DNA from: Octopus sinensis
Taxonomy: Eukaryota
Length of the DNA: 64,000 nucleotides
Assembly: GCF_006345805.1 (NCBI RefSeq)
Contig: NC_043010.1
Coordinates: forward strand, 9,672,001-9,736,000
Direction: 5' to 3'
The notes under the pieces are model-generated. The model ran no database searches. It had not been told where the DNA came from and worked only from the letters and a program-made list of their open reading frames with translations. Below are positions 1 through 10,752 of the stretch, one piece after another (the stretch's first letter is position 1; each line of letters starts with the position of its first letter). The translations under genes were made by a program, and so were the position numbers.

Positions 1-400
1 ACGGCAGTTTTTTCTAGCGGTGTCATATGAAATTGTCATTCATAATTATGACCCTAGTATCGATCTAGTGCATTTCAATCTGTTTTAGGGTTAGGGGTGG
101 GGGGGAAGGCTATCTTTTTTTCTTCAGAAATGTAAATAAACCCAATCTGTTTCTTAAACGAGAGACATATTCATACGGCACAGAATTTTTTTTTTTACCT
201 CAATAGATGTCATTGATTGGTTGAAATTGCGGAAATTGAAGAAAAAAAACAACAAATATCTTACAAACTATAGAATTTTCTCCAATAAAGCCAAGAGAAA
301 AAGATGTTTTATAAACACATTCTACCAGTATACGAAGTTTAAAAGTGTTTAGTTACGTGGAAATTATTTTAAAAAACTGCTGGTCAAACAGAAAAGATCC
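1..400. mobile_element. Probable non-autonomous DNA transposon (MITE), cut by the window edge
   Basis: acggcagtttttt (1-13) is the near reverse complement of aaaaaactgctggt (about 371-384), which runs on to caaacagaaaagatcc; no coding capacity. Confidence 0.45.
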
Positions 401-549
401 GAAATTACTGCCTTTCTTACTTTTATTAATGCCTTTGTTTTAATCTCTTTCATATCCTCTCACCTGTGTTTTAAAGTGGTTTCATTTAAATTTATCAAAA
501 ACAGTTCACGTTATATCCTGTCTGGGGAAAGTCACTCCCTTTTAACATT

Positions 550-850
550 GGTGGCGCAATAGCCCGGTTGTTAGAACAACGGACGCGCAGTAGGAGGATC
601 GCGGTTTCGATTCCGAGGCCGGGGTTTTATGTATTTATTGAGCGAATTCACACCTAAAGATCCACGAGGCACCGGCAGGGGGGGGGGCGACCCTGTTGTA
701 CTCTCTTACCCCAATGCTGCGATCGACTGGCGTCCACCAATATCAAGTTTCTTCTTTTCTTTCTTTTTATTTCACGTCCTTTTGCGTGTAGAGACAGAGT
801 TATGTCCCTTGTTCAGATTTTGTTCGCGCTAGTTACCCACCCCGGGAACT
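550..850 (+). mobile_element. SINE family D (tRNA-Arg-like head), diverged copy with a distinct 3' module
   Basis: Head ggtggcgcaatagcc...ggtttcgattcc and body tttattgagcga..acacctaaag.tccacgagg match 49562-49720; sequence diverges after gtactct. Confidence 0.7.
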
Positions 851-954
851 TGGTCACTTTCTGTGGTCAAGATCTGAATAAAGGCATTCCAGCAATAATG
901 TAGCTAAGACTGTTATATACACTTGGACATGAGAAAGTCACATTATGTATATAT

Positions 955-1125
955 ATATATACGACGGGCTTCTTTCAGTTTCCGTCTACCAAATCCACTC
1001 ACAAGGCATTGGTCGGCCCGGGGCTATAGCAGAAGACACTTGTCCAAGGTGCCACACAGTAGGGCTGAACTCGGAACCATGTGGTTGGTTAGCAAGCTAC
1101 TTACCACACAGCCACTCCTGCGCCT
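955..1125 (-). mobile_element. SINE family B, 5' half
   Basis: Reverse complement of head ggcgcaggagtggctgtgtggtaag (A box), ggttccgagttcag (B box) and CORE-like gcaccttggacaagtgtctt. Confidence 0.85.
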
Positions 1126-1180
1126 ATTTTATTTATTTATTAATTTATATATAAAAGATATATATATATATATCTTTTAT

Positions 1181-1584
1181 CTTTTACTTGTTTCACTTAT
1201 TAGACTGTAGCCATGCTGGAGCACCACCTTGAATCTTTAGTCGAATGAATCAACCCCAGTACTTATTCTTTAAACCTGAGACTTATTCTATTAATCCCTT
1301 TTGCCAAACCACTAGGTTACTGGGATGTAAACACACCCACACTGGTTGTCAAGTGCTGATGGAAGGACAAACACAGACACACACACATAGATATATATAC
1401 ATATATATGCATATATATACGATGGGCTTCTTTCAGTTTCCATCTACCAAATCCACCTCACAAAGCTTTGGTTGGCCTGAGGCTATAATAGAAGACACTT
1501 GCTCAAGGTGCCATGCTACGGAACTGAACCCAGAGTCACGTGTTTAGGAAACAAGCTTCTTACCACAAAGCCACTCCTGCACCT
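1181..1584 (-). mobile_element. SINE family B, full length
   Basis: tRNA-like head, internal (TA/CA)n, and tail ggtgctccagcatggc..cagtc..gtgaaacaagtaaaag. Confidence 0.85.
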
Positions 1585-1701
1585 ATGTGTGTATGTGTGT
1601 GTGTGTGTGTGTATGTCATTATTCAGTTTATTTCAAGATTTCTTGCCAATATCTATGTATATATGTATACATATACATACATATACATATATCTATACAT
1701 A

Positions 1702-1745
<44 letters not shown>

Positions 1746-1746
<1 letters not shown>

Positions 1747-2147
1747 TCTTTACTCTTTTTACTTGTTTCAGTCATTTGACTGCGGCCATGCTGGAGCACC
1801 GCCTTTAGTCGAGCAAATCGACCCCGGAACTTATTCTTTGTAAGCCCAGTACTTATTCTATCGGTCTCTTTTGCCAAACCGCTAAGTGACGGGGACGTAA
1901 ACACACCAGCATCGGTTGTCAAGCAATGCTAGGGGAACAAACACAGACACACAAACATATTCACACACACTTATATATATATATACATATATACGACAGG
2001 CTTCTTTCAGTTTCCGTCTACCAAATCCACTCACAAGGCATTGGTCGGCCCAGGGCTATAGCAGAAGACACTTGCCCAAGATGCCACGCAGTGGGACTGA
2101 ACCCGGAACCATGTGGTTGGTTAGCAAGCTACTTACCAAACAGCCAC
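1746..2147 (-). mobile_element. SINE family B, near full length
   Basis: High identity to 10753-11150 and 47924-48318. Confidence 0.9.
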
Positions 2148-2150
2148 AGG

Positions 2151-2320
2151 GAGAGTTTACGAAAAAAAAAACAAAAGACGAAGACAGGTGGTGTACAAAA
2201 CAAGCAGATGTATTAGTATAATGCTCAGGAATAGAAAAAGTCTTTTACGTTTTGAGCCTACGCTCTTCTACAGAAAGGAACACCGGAAAAAACAAGGAGA
2301 GAAAAAAATGTGTGTAGAGT
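2151..2320 (-). mobile_element. Penelope-like non-autonomous repeat P2 with hammerhead-like motif (2242-2277)
   Basis: Homologous to 36678-36875 and 35960-36105; minus strand ctttCTGTAGAagagcgtaggctcAAAAcgtaaaag. Confidence 0.55.
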
Positions 2321-2325
2321 ATATA

Positions 2326-2493
2326 TCATCACCATCATCATCATCACCATTTAGTGTCCGCTTTCCATGCTAGCATGGGTTGGACGGTTCAACTGGGGTC
2401 TGTGAAGCCAGAAGGCTGCATCAGGCCCAGTCTGATCTGGCAGTATTTCTACGGCTGGATGCCCTTCCTAACGCCATGCCCTTCCTAACGCCA
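2326..2493 (-). mobile_element. RTE-LINE 3' UTR fragment (family C)
   Basis: (CAT)n tail followed by tttccatgctagcatgggttggacgg...ggatgcccttcctaacgcc; 17-bp local duplication. Confidence 0.8.
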
Positions 2494-2498
2494 ATATA

Positions 2499-2712
2499 TA
2501 GTTAATCCAAACAAGAAAACACAAAAAAAAAAACACAAAAAAACACAACAACGCGAGGACGTGGAACAAATAAAGTATTATTGGACGCTCAGGGAAGAAG
2601 GAGGGTTTAACGTTTCGAGCGGAGCTCTTCGTCGGAAACATAGGAGAAGGAAAGATCCCGAGAAGGGAAGACAGAGGAAAAAATCGCCAGCGGTACTCGC
2701 GAAGTCACATAT
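2499..2712 (-). mobile_element. Penelope-like non-autonomous repeat P1 with hammerhead-like motif (2605-2639)
   Basis: Near-identical to 12668-12868 and 36123-36331; motif gtttCCGACGAagagctccgctcGAAAcgttaaac. Confidence 0.6.
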
Positions 2713-2822
2713 TGAAAGACAAGTGTATATATATATATATATATTACACACACATACATAAAGACATGCAAGAACCTCTTCTTCTCTGACTCATGGGTAC
2801 TTGGACTATATGTTTATATATA

Positions 2823-2824
<2 letters not shown>

Positions 2825-2878
<54 letters not shown>

Positions 2879-3165
2879 ACACACACACACACATATGCAC
2901 GTACATAAGTACGCCCGAAAAAAAGAATATAAAGCATATTGCAAAACCGTTATTTGTTGTAAGGGAGGCAACTCTGCATTACATATGTGAACATTTACTA
3001 CAGCCATTGAGAAAAAAAAACTGTCTCATGTTAACGATAGCAACACACACACACACACACACAGACACACACACACACTCACACACACATACACACAGAC
3101 ACACACACAGACACACACACACACACGCTCACACAGACACGCTCACACACACGCAGACACACATA
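2825..3165. repeat. (CA)n microsatellite tracts
   Basis: CA runs at about 2825-2895 and 3045-3165. Confidence 0.95.
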
Positions 3166-3578
3166 CATGCGAGTGTGTTTATACACTTAATATACTTATT
3201 AAAACCAATTGAAATCTAAAAGAAAATCTAAAATTACTATTCGTTCCATATAACTGACAGATATTTATATTCAATTACGTTGTTTAATGATTTTGATAGT
3301 TAAATATTATCTATTCTGAAATAAGATAATGGCTTGGTACAATGATTGGAGCAGCGTAGAAGGTATCTGCTGTCCATTAAGTTCAAATCCTGCTGCGGTA
3401 GACTTCGGCTTTATATTGTCCTGAGGTCAATTACTGGCTGCAATTTTGTCAGCTGTCCTCCCTCCCACCAATATTCCCAGCCGTGTATCTCTGTAAGCAG
3501 AAGAATGGGTGGGGTGGGGGGGCAACTAGCAGAATTGGTTGCGACATAGTATGTATTAGGTTGGACATAATATATATA

Positions 3579-3809
3579 TATTTCTTTACTGCCCACAAGG
3601 GGCTAAACACAGAGGAGACAAACAAGGACAGACAAAGGGATTAAGTCGATTACATCGACCCCAGTGCGTAACTGGTACTTAATTTATCGACCCCGGAAGG
3701 ATGAAAGGCAAAGTCGACCTCGGCGGAATTTGAACTCGGAACGTAACGGCAGACGAAATACGGCAACGCATTTCGCCCGGCGTGCTAACGTTTCTGCCAG
3801 CTCGCCGCC
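3579..3809 (-). mobile_element. SINE family A (A1 tail), full length
   Basis: Head ggcggcgagctggcagaaacgttagcacg, B box gagttcaaattcc, tail ccccttgtgggcagtaaagaaata. Confidence 0.9.
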
Positions 3810-3836
3810 ATAATATATATATGATATATATAGCAT

Positions 3837-4223
3837 AAGCGTAGGAGTGGCTGTGTGCTAAGCAGCTTGCTTACCAACCACATGGTTCCGGGTTCGGTCC
3901 CACTGTGTGGCGCCTTCGGCAAGTGTCTTCTACTATAGCCTTGGGCCGACAAAAACCTTGTGAGTGGATTTGGTAGATGGAAACTGAAAGAAGTCCATCG
4001 TATATATGGATATATATATATATATTTGTATGTGTGTATGTTTGACTGTCTGTGTTTGTCACTCCAACATTGCTTGACAACCGATGCTGGTGTGCTTATG
4101 TCCCCGTAACTTAGTGGTTCGGCAAAAGAGACTGATTGACTATGTGTTAGACTGACAAAGAATAAGTCTTGGGGTTGATTTGCTCCAGCATGGCCACAGT
4201 CAAATGACTGAAACAAGTAAAAG
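3837..4223 (+). mobile_element. SINE family B, full length
   Basis: Head gcgtaggagtggctgtgtg to tail cagtcaaatgactgaaacaagtaaaag. Confidence 0.9.
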
Positions 4224-4227
4224 CGTA

Positions 4228-4620
4228 TAGCAGAAGTTGCTGTGTGGTAAGTAGCATGCTTACCAAGCATGTGGTTCCATGTTCAGTCCCACTGTCTGGC
4301 ACCTTGGGCAAGTGTCTTCTACTATAGCCTTGGACTGACCAAAGCTTTGTGAGTGGATTTGGTAGACAGAAACTGAAAGAAGCCCGTTGTATATATGTAT
4401 ATATATATGTGTTTGTGTGTCTGTGTTTGTCCCCCCAACATTGCTTGACAACCAATGCTGGTGTGTTTACGTCTCCGTAACTTAGCAGTCTGGCAAAAGA
4501 GACCGATAGAATAAGTCCTAGGCTTACAAAGAATAAGTTCTGGGGTTGATTTCATTCGACTAAATGTGGTGCTCCAGCATGGCCACAATCACATGATTGA
4601 AACAGTAAAAGAGTAAAAGA
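4228..4620 (+). mobile_element. SINE family B, tandem second copy
   Basis: Same head, body and tail directly after the previous copy. Confidence 0.85.
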
Positions 4621-4777
4621 GAGAGTAAAGAGTGTATTATATATGATATATATCATGTTCAACACAAGATACATATGATATATAGTATATTATATATGAT
4701 ATACATTATGCTCAACATATGATATATATATGATATATATTACATTGGACATAAGATATATATATGATATATATTAT

Positions 4778-5080
4778 CACGTGATCACGTGACCGACCAG
4801 ACCATCAGATGTTGTTACTCATCGCTGGTCACAATGCGCTTCGCATTGTTTTAGCCTTCGAATGATGTCACCCTGCTGGCAGGCAGGCCAACAGAAGAAA
4901 GCGTGAGAGAAAGAGTGGTGAAGGAGTACAGCAGGGATCACCACCCTCTGCTGGAGCCTCATGGAGCTTTAAGGTGTTTTCGCTCAATAAACTCTCACAA
5001 TGCCCGGTCTGGGAATCGAAACCGTGATCCTATGACCGCGAGTCTGCTGCCCTAACCACTAGGCCATTGCACCGCTCCAC
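4778..5080 (-). mobile_element. SINE family D with RTE-type tail, full length
   Basis: Reverse complement of 49562-49854; 14-bp target-site duplication (TSD) atgatatatattat at 4764-4777 and 5081-5094. Confidence 0.9.
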
Positions 5081-5117
5081 ATGATATATATTATATTGGA
5101 GATAATATGAATTCAGT

Positions 5118-5333
5118 AAGCGGCAAGCTGGCAGAACCATTAGCACACTGGGCTAAATGCTTAGCAGCATTTTGTCCATCCTTACATACTGAGTTCAAAT
5201 TCCACTGAGGTCGACTTTGCCTTTCTTCCTTCTGGGGATAATAAAATAAGTACCAGTTGCGCACTGGGGTCGATGTGATCTACCTGCTCCCTCCCCTGTC
5301 ATTTCTGGCCTTGTGTCAAAATTTAAAAACCAA
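5118..5333 (+). mobile_element. SINE family A (A2-type tail)
   Basis: Head cggcaagctggcagaa, B box gagttcaaattcc, tail ctcccctgtcatttctggccttgtgtc. Confidence 0.8.
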
Positions 5334-5507
5334 AATACCTTCAGTATTATGCTATATATATATGTATGTGGGTATATATATGTACATATATACACGCAGT
5401 AATATATATATATATATAGATATATATATATAATATATATACTCATATATATATACACATATATATACATATACATACACACAAGCATACACACATGCAC
5501 ACACACA

Positions 5508-5542
<35 letters not shown>

Positions 5543-5820
5543 ACCACACACACATGTATTTAACTGTATTGATCTGTTTTAGAGGCTGTCCTTGGTTTTG
5601 TCATAATTCATAACTATTCATTTTTTAAAGGGTCATCATTTGAACTTTCTACTATAATATTCAATTAAGTTAGAACCTTTTGTTAAATTATGTTCCTAGC
5701 ACCAGATTAAAAATGGTAAAGTTAGTTATTTGACTATATTCCGATGATTCATATTTGTGTCCGAGCACAGTGTGTAAGAAACCTATTTTTATTATTATTT
5801 TTATTGTTCTAATTATTGGA

Positions 5821-6204
5821 ATGGAAGCACTCCGTCGGTTACGACGATGAGGGTTCCGGTTGATCCGATCAACGGAACAGCTTGCTCGTGAAATTAACGT
5901 GTAAGTGGCTGAGCACTCTACAGACACATGTACCCTTAACGTAGTTCTCAGGGATATTCAGCGTGACACAGAGAGTGACAAGGCTGGCCCTTTGAAATAC
6001 AGGTACAACAGAAACAAGAAGTAAGAGTGAGAGAAAGTTGTGGTGAAAGAGTACAGCAGGGATCACCACCATCCCCTGCCGGAGCCTCGTGGAGCTTTAG
6101 GTGTTTTCGCTCAATAAACACTCACAACGCCCGGTCTGGGAATCGAAACCGTGATCCTACGACCGCGAGTCAGCTGCCCTAGCCACTTGGCCATTGTGCC
6201 TCCT
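5821..6204 (-). mobile_element. SINE family D head and body with an alternative 3' module
   Basis: First about 160 bp match 49562-49720; tail ends ...cgtcgtaaccgacggagtgcttcca. Confidence 0.8.
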
Positions 6205-6235
6205 CATTCTAATTATTATCATCATTATTACTATT

Positions 6236-6445
6236 AAGGTGGCGAGCTGGCACAACTAAGTAATATGCTTAGCGGCATTTTGTCTGTCTTTATGTTCTGA
6301 GTTCAAATTGTCCCAAGGTCAACTTTGCTTTATATCCTTTTGGGGTCAATAAGTTAAGTACCAGTTGCGTACTGGGGTCAATGTGATCGACTATCTCCTT
6401 CCCCACAAATTTCAGGCCTTGTGCCTACAATAGAAAGGATTATTA
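6236..6445 (+). mobile_element. SINE family A (A2 tail)
   Basis: Head aaggtggcgagctggca; tail atttcaggccttgtgcctacaatagaaaggattatt. Confidence 0.8.
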
Positions 6446-6455
6446 TAATCATCAT

Positions 6456-6900
6456 TATTGAGTGAGAGAGCAGTGCATGCCATCAAAGTGACACCAAGGT
6501 ATAGATATTTGAAGCTCATCATATAAGGGTACTACCCATCTGATAAGGGTACATCAGGCACATGCATCATGACCATATGTGCTGAACATGGTGATCTCAT
6601 ATCAAGATAAACAGTGCATGATTTTGCAGGTGGGGCCTAGTTAGAATTTTCTTCAGATCAAGTAACCCAACCTACTCAAGAGGTCCCTGAATAAGGGTTG
6701 TTTAAGGATGTTGAATGAAAGGCCCATGTTTCCAGAGGTGAGTTATTCAAACCCTGAGATTATTCCTCTCAGCACATGATTATGATACACCCCAACTACT
6801 TCTGCTCCTGATCAGAGATACACAGATTGTCAGCCATTAAGGGACAGGTTGTACTGGTGGTTAAGGTCAAACAACTGATATGCAAATTTGTGGTACTGAG
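6456..6900 (-). mobile_element. Unclassified interspersed retro-repeat (family E) with (TAA)n-type tail
   Basis: Shares gagagcagtgcatgccatcaaagtgacac...gataagggtaca..aggcacatgcatca with 47031-47150; next to an (ATT)n run. Confidence 0.6.
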
Positions 6901-6977
6901 CAAACTATTATTACTATCATCCTCCTCCTCCTCTTCATCCTCCTCCTCTCCTCATCATCATCATTATTATTATTATT

Positions 6978-7195
6978 AAGGTAGTAAGCTGGCAGAATCA
7001 TTAGCATGCCAGGCAAAATGTTTAATGGCATTACATTTGCCTTTACATTCTGAGTTCAAATTCCGCTCAGGTCAACTTTGCCTTTTATCCCTTTTGAGGC
7101 TGATAAATTAAGTACCAGTGGAACATGGGATCGATGTAATCAACATATCCCCTCCTCGAAAATGGGGGCCTTGTGGCAAAATTTGAAACCATTAT
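6978..7195 (+). mobile_element. SINE family A (A2-type tail)
   Basis: Head gtaagctggcagaatcattagca, B box gagttcaaattcc, tail ggccttgtggcaaaatttgaaacc then (ATT)n. Confidence 0.8.
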
Positions 7196-7249
7196 TATTA
7201 TTATTATCATCATTATTATTATTATTATTATTATTATCGTTATTATTAT

Positions 7250-7730
7250 TCGGCGAGCTGGTAGAATCGTTAGCACACCGGGTGAAATGCTTAGCGGTAT
7301 TGTGTCTGCCGTTATGTTCTGAGTTCAAATTCCACTGAGGTCAACTTTGCCTTTCATCCTTTCACGGTCGATTAAATAAGTACCTATTTCTTTATTACCC
7401 ACAAGGGGCTAAACACAGAGGGGACAAACAAGGACAGACATAGGTATTAAGTCGATTACATCGACCCCAGTGCGTAACTGGTACTTAATTTATCGATCCC
7501 GAAAGGATGAAAGGCAAAGTCGACCTCGGCGGAATCTGAACTCACAACGTAACGCAGACGAAATACCGCAAAGCATTTCGCCCAGCGTGCTAACGTTTCT
7601 GCCAGCTCGCCACCTTAACTTAAATAAGTACCAGATACACTCTGGGGTCAATGTAATCAACTTAATCTCTTTGTCTGTCCTTGTTTGTCCTCTCTATGTT
7701 TAGACTCCTGTGGGCAATAAAGAAATGAAT
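7250..7730 (+). mobile_element. SINE A1 host copy split by an antisense SINE A1
   Basis: Host 5' part 7250-7384 and 3' part 7620-7730; 13-bp TSD ttaaataagtacc at 7372-7384 and 7620-7632. Confidence 0.85.
7385..7619 (-). mobile_element. SINE A1 nested insertion, full length
   Basis: Complete head and aagaaata tail between the TSD copies. Confidence 0.9.
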
Positions 7731-7747
7731 TATCATTATCATTATCA

Positions 7748-7806
<59 letters not shown>

Positions 7807-7811
7807 GTTAT

Positions 7812-8020
7812 CAAGCTGGCAGAATCAGTACCACACTGGGCAAAATGCTTAGTGCCATTTCATCCGTCTTTACGGTCTGAGTTCAAATTTCGCCAAGGTC
7901 AACTTTACCTTTCATCCTTTCAGGGTTGATGAAATAAGTACCAGTTACACACTGGGGGGTCAATGTAATTGACTTGCCCCCTCCTAACAAATTTTCAGAC
8001 CTTGTGAAAGGATTATTATT
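7812..8020 (+). mobile_element. SINE family A (A2 tail)
   Basis: Head aagctggcagaatcag, B box gagttcaaattt; tail-to-tail with the next element. Confidence 0.8.
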
Positions 8021-8595
8021 CTTACCTAATCTAGACACACGTCCCAAAATTTTTGGGGAGGGGGACAGTCAATTAGATCAACCCCAGTCTGCATCTGGTA
8101 CCTAATTTATCGACCCTGAAAGGATGAAAAGCAAAGTCGACCTCGGCGGAATTTGAACTCATAACGTAGTGGCAGATCAAATACTGCTAAGCATTTCACT
8201 CAGTGTGCCAATGATTCTTTTCTACACTAGGTACAAGGCCCGAAATTTTGGGGGATGGGGCCAGTCAATTAGATCAACCCCAGTCTGCATCTGGTACTTA
8301 ATTTATCGACCCTGAAAGGATGAAAAGCAAAGTCGACCTCGGCGGAATTTGAACTCATAACGTAGTGGCAGATCAAATACTGCTAAGCATTTCACTCAGT
8401 GTGCCAATGATTCTTTTCTACACTAGGTACAAGGCCCGAAATTTTGGGGGATGGGGCCAGTCAATTAGATCAACCCCAGTCTGCATCTGGTACTTAATTT
8501 ATCGACCCTGAAAGGATGAAAAGCCAAGTCGACCTCGGCGGAATTTGAAGTAAGAATGTAAAGACAAACAAAATACTGCCAAGCATTTCACCCAG
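8021..8595 (-). mobile_element. SINE A2 tandem trimer (196-bp period)
   Basis: atgattcttttctacac at 8211 and 8407; units share private variants such as tctgcatctggta and aaaagc. Confidence 0.85.
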
Positions 8596-8755
8596 TGAAT
8601 AAGTACTGGGCTTACAAAAGAATAAGTCCCAGGGTCGAGTTGAATTGAAACACACCAAACAAGGGATATGTTACAAAAGGGTTAAATTTTGTCAGTAGTC
8701 TGACAGCAGCCTATTGATTCAACCATTTCCCTACTGTTGCTAAGGATTTAGCGCT

Positions 8756-8804
<49 letters not shown>

Positions 8805-8806
<2 letters not shown>

Positions 8807-8930
8807 TCATCATCATCATCGTTTAACGTCCGTTTCCGCGCTAGCACGGGCTGGACGGTTTCGACCGGGGGGTCTGGGGAGCTCGGGACTGCCCCAGGCT
8901 CCTCTAGTCTGGCAGTGTTTCTACAGCTGG
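8805..8930 (-). mobile_element. RTE-LINE 3' UTR fragment (family C)
   Basis: (CAT)n then cgtttaacgtccgtttccgcgctagcacggg...ctacagctggat. Confidence 0.8.
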
Positions 8931-9229
8931 ATATATAATATATTATATATAATATATATATATATGTATATATATATATCATAGATATGTATATATTATA
9001 TATATATATATATATAATAATATATATATATATATATAATATATATATACAAATACATACATAACACATAATACCTACAGTGTGTGTTGAATCTATCTGT
9101 CTGCCACTCTCTCTCTCTCTCTCTCTTATCCTCTCTCACTCTCTCTCGCTCACTCCCTTTCTCTCAGCTTGTGTAACAGATACGCCAACGTTAGAGTTGC
9201 CATGTGATTATGCTATAGGCAAGAGAGAG

Positions 9230-9500
9230 TAGCTAATTCACCCTCAGATTATACTCTGATGTCTTGAAAAGAAGAAAAGACACATGAAGTAATGTTGTCC
9301 TAGATACACAATGCCTAAGAAAAAAACAGGATTGTATTGGCTGATATGCTGTTGGTTGTAGAATTGTTTGATCAGGATTGATTCACTGAGGGGGGGGGGG
9401 TCATCCCTTTGTGGTCGCACAACTTACTAGAAACAGCAGCCAAATCTCCTTCAGCTCGCATCCTAGTTTTTAAGTAAAAGGTTTTATTGAGAATAATATA
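9230..9500 (+). repeat. Ancient degraded interspersed repeat (family F)
   Basis: Motif ctagaaa(t/c)agcagccaaatctcc.tca recurs near 9423, 19066, 19321, 21757, 39140 and 49050. Confidence 0.5.
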
Positions 9501-9814
9501 CAAAAAAAATTGATTACCATGACTGATTTTTCCTTTGATTATAGATCTGTTCAGTCAGGGTTGCCCTACATTCAATAACAACAACAGCAGCAGATGTAGC
9601 AGAGATGAATAAAGGAGGAATTCCAATAAATATGTGTGTGTGCGTGTGTGTGTGTGCATGTGAGTATGTAAGTATATGTGTTTGTAAGTGTATGTATGCA
9701 TATATGTGTGTGTTTGTGTGTGTGTATTGTATCATGGCCATAGCAGTCTCCCTAAAATTTTCCACGGGTAGTGCCCCAGCATGACGGCTGAAATGTAAAG
9801 ATATAAAGGAGTAA

Positions 9815-9944
9815 TTATTTTTATTTTATTTTTTATTTTATCTAGTTTCAGCTCATGAGCTGTGGCCATGCTGGGGCACCGCCATTAAATTAACGTTCCC
9901 ATGCCGGGAATCAAACCCGGGCCGCCTGGGTGAAAGCCAGGAAT
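9815..9944 (-). pseudogene. 5'-truncated tRNA-Glu(TTC) fused to a CR1-type 3' tail (chimeric retrocopy or mini-SINE)
   Basis: 9896-9944 minus reads attcctggctttcacccaggcggcccgggtttgattcccggcatgggaa (anticodon arm cctgg-ctTTCac-ccagg, T arm, acceptor 3' strand); then cgttaattt; then a tail matching 28027-28076. Confidence 0.8.
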
Positions 9945-9976
9945 ATGTGAGTATAGATATAAATATAAATATATGT

Positions 9977-10287
9977 ATCATCATCATCATCATCATCATC
10001 GTTTAACATCTGCTTTCCATGCTGGCATGGGTTGGAGGGTTTGACTGAGGACTGGCAAACCAGGAGGCTGCACCAGGCTCCAGTCTGATCTGGCTGAGTT
10101 TCTACAGCTGGATGCTCTTCCTAATGCCAACCATTCTAAGAGAGTAGTGGGTACTTTTACATGCCACTGGCATGATGGCCAGTCCAGCGGCATTGGCAAC
10201 GACCTTGCTCGAATGTTGTTTTACACGTGCCACTGGCACAAGTGCCAGTGAGGCGATGCTGGTAATGATCATGCTCGAATGATGCTT
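9977..10287 (-). mobile_element. RTE-LINE 3' UTR fragment with internal repeat modules
   Basis: (CAT)n tail and 2-3 tttt(t)ac.tgccactggca modules. Confidence 0.8.
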
Positions 10288-10329
10288 ATATGTATATATA
10301 TATATATGTATATATATAATAAATTTATA

Positions 10330-10745
10330 AATAAATAAAACATATGCATATATACATACATATATGTACGTACCTACCTCTACATGTATATATACATGCA
10401 TATATGGGTACAGGACACCAAAAAAAAAACGTCGAACACAATGAGAAACGAAAACATAAACACAAAACCAAGGAAATGGACATTTTTCTTAAAAAACGAA
10501 AAAATAGAGTACAGGACATACAAAACAAGGAAAATTCCCCTTCTTCAGTCGCCTTTGTTTCATCTACTCCACGTTTCGAAGGTCAAGGCAATACATGACT
10601 TTAATGAAACAATCCTTCCCGCGAAAATCAAATTAAATAAAATTTGAGATTTTTTTGCGGAGGGGTAAAAATGGTAACAAAAACAGGACAGTAACGACAG
10701 TACAAAATATAAACAGTAAAAGACAGGACAAGAAGAATAACTATA
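10330..10745 (-). mobile_element. Penelope-like non-autonomous repeat P3
   Basis: Diverged homolog of 53130-53560 (gtcctgtttttgt..., ggaaggatt, ctgaagaaggggaattttccttg, tggtgtcctgtac). Confidence 0.5.
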
Positions 10746-10752
10746 TATATAT

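Noticed and set aside
85-96. Interstitial telomere (TTAGGG)2
   Set aside because: Only two units, inside a probable MITE
1916-2221. Recurrent ORFs such as MSSNARGTNTDTQT... and ...YDGLLSVSVYQIHSQG...
   Set aside because: Antisense translations of SINE B; they recur only because the SINE recurs
9896-9944. Functional tRNA-Glu gene
   Set aside because: The 5' acceptor strand, D arm and A box are missing, and the B box has a C-to-T change
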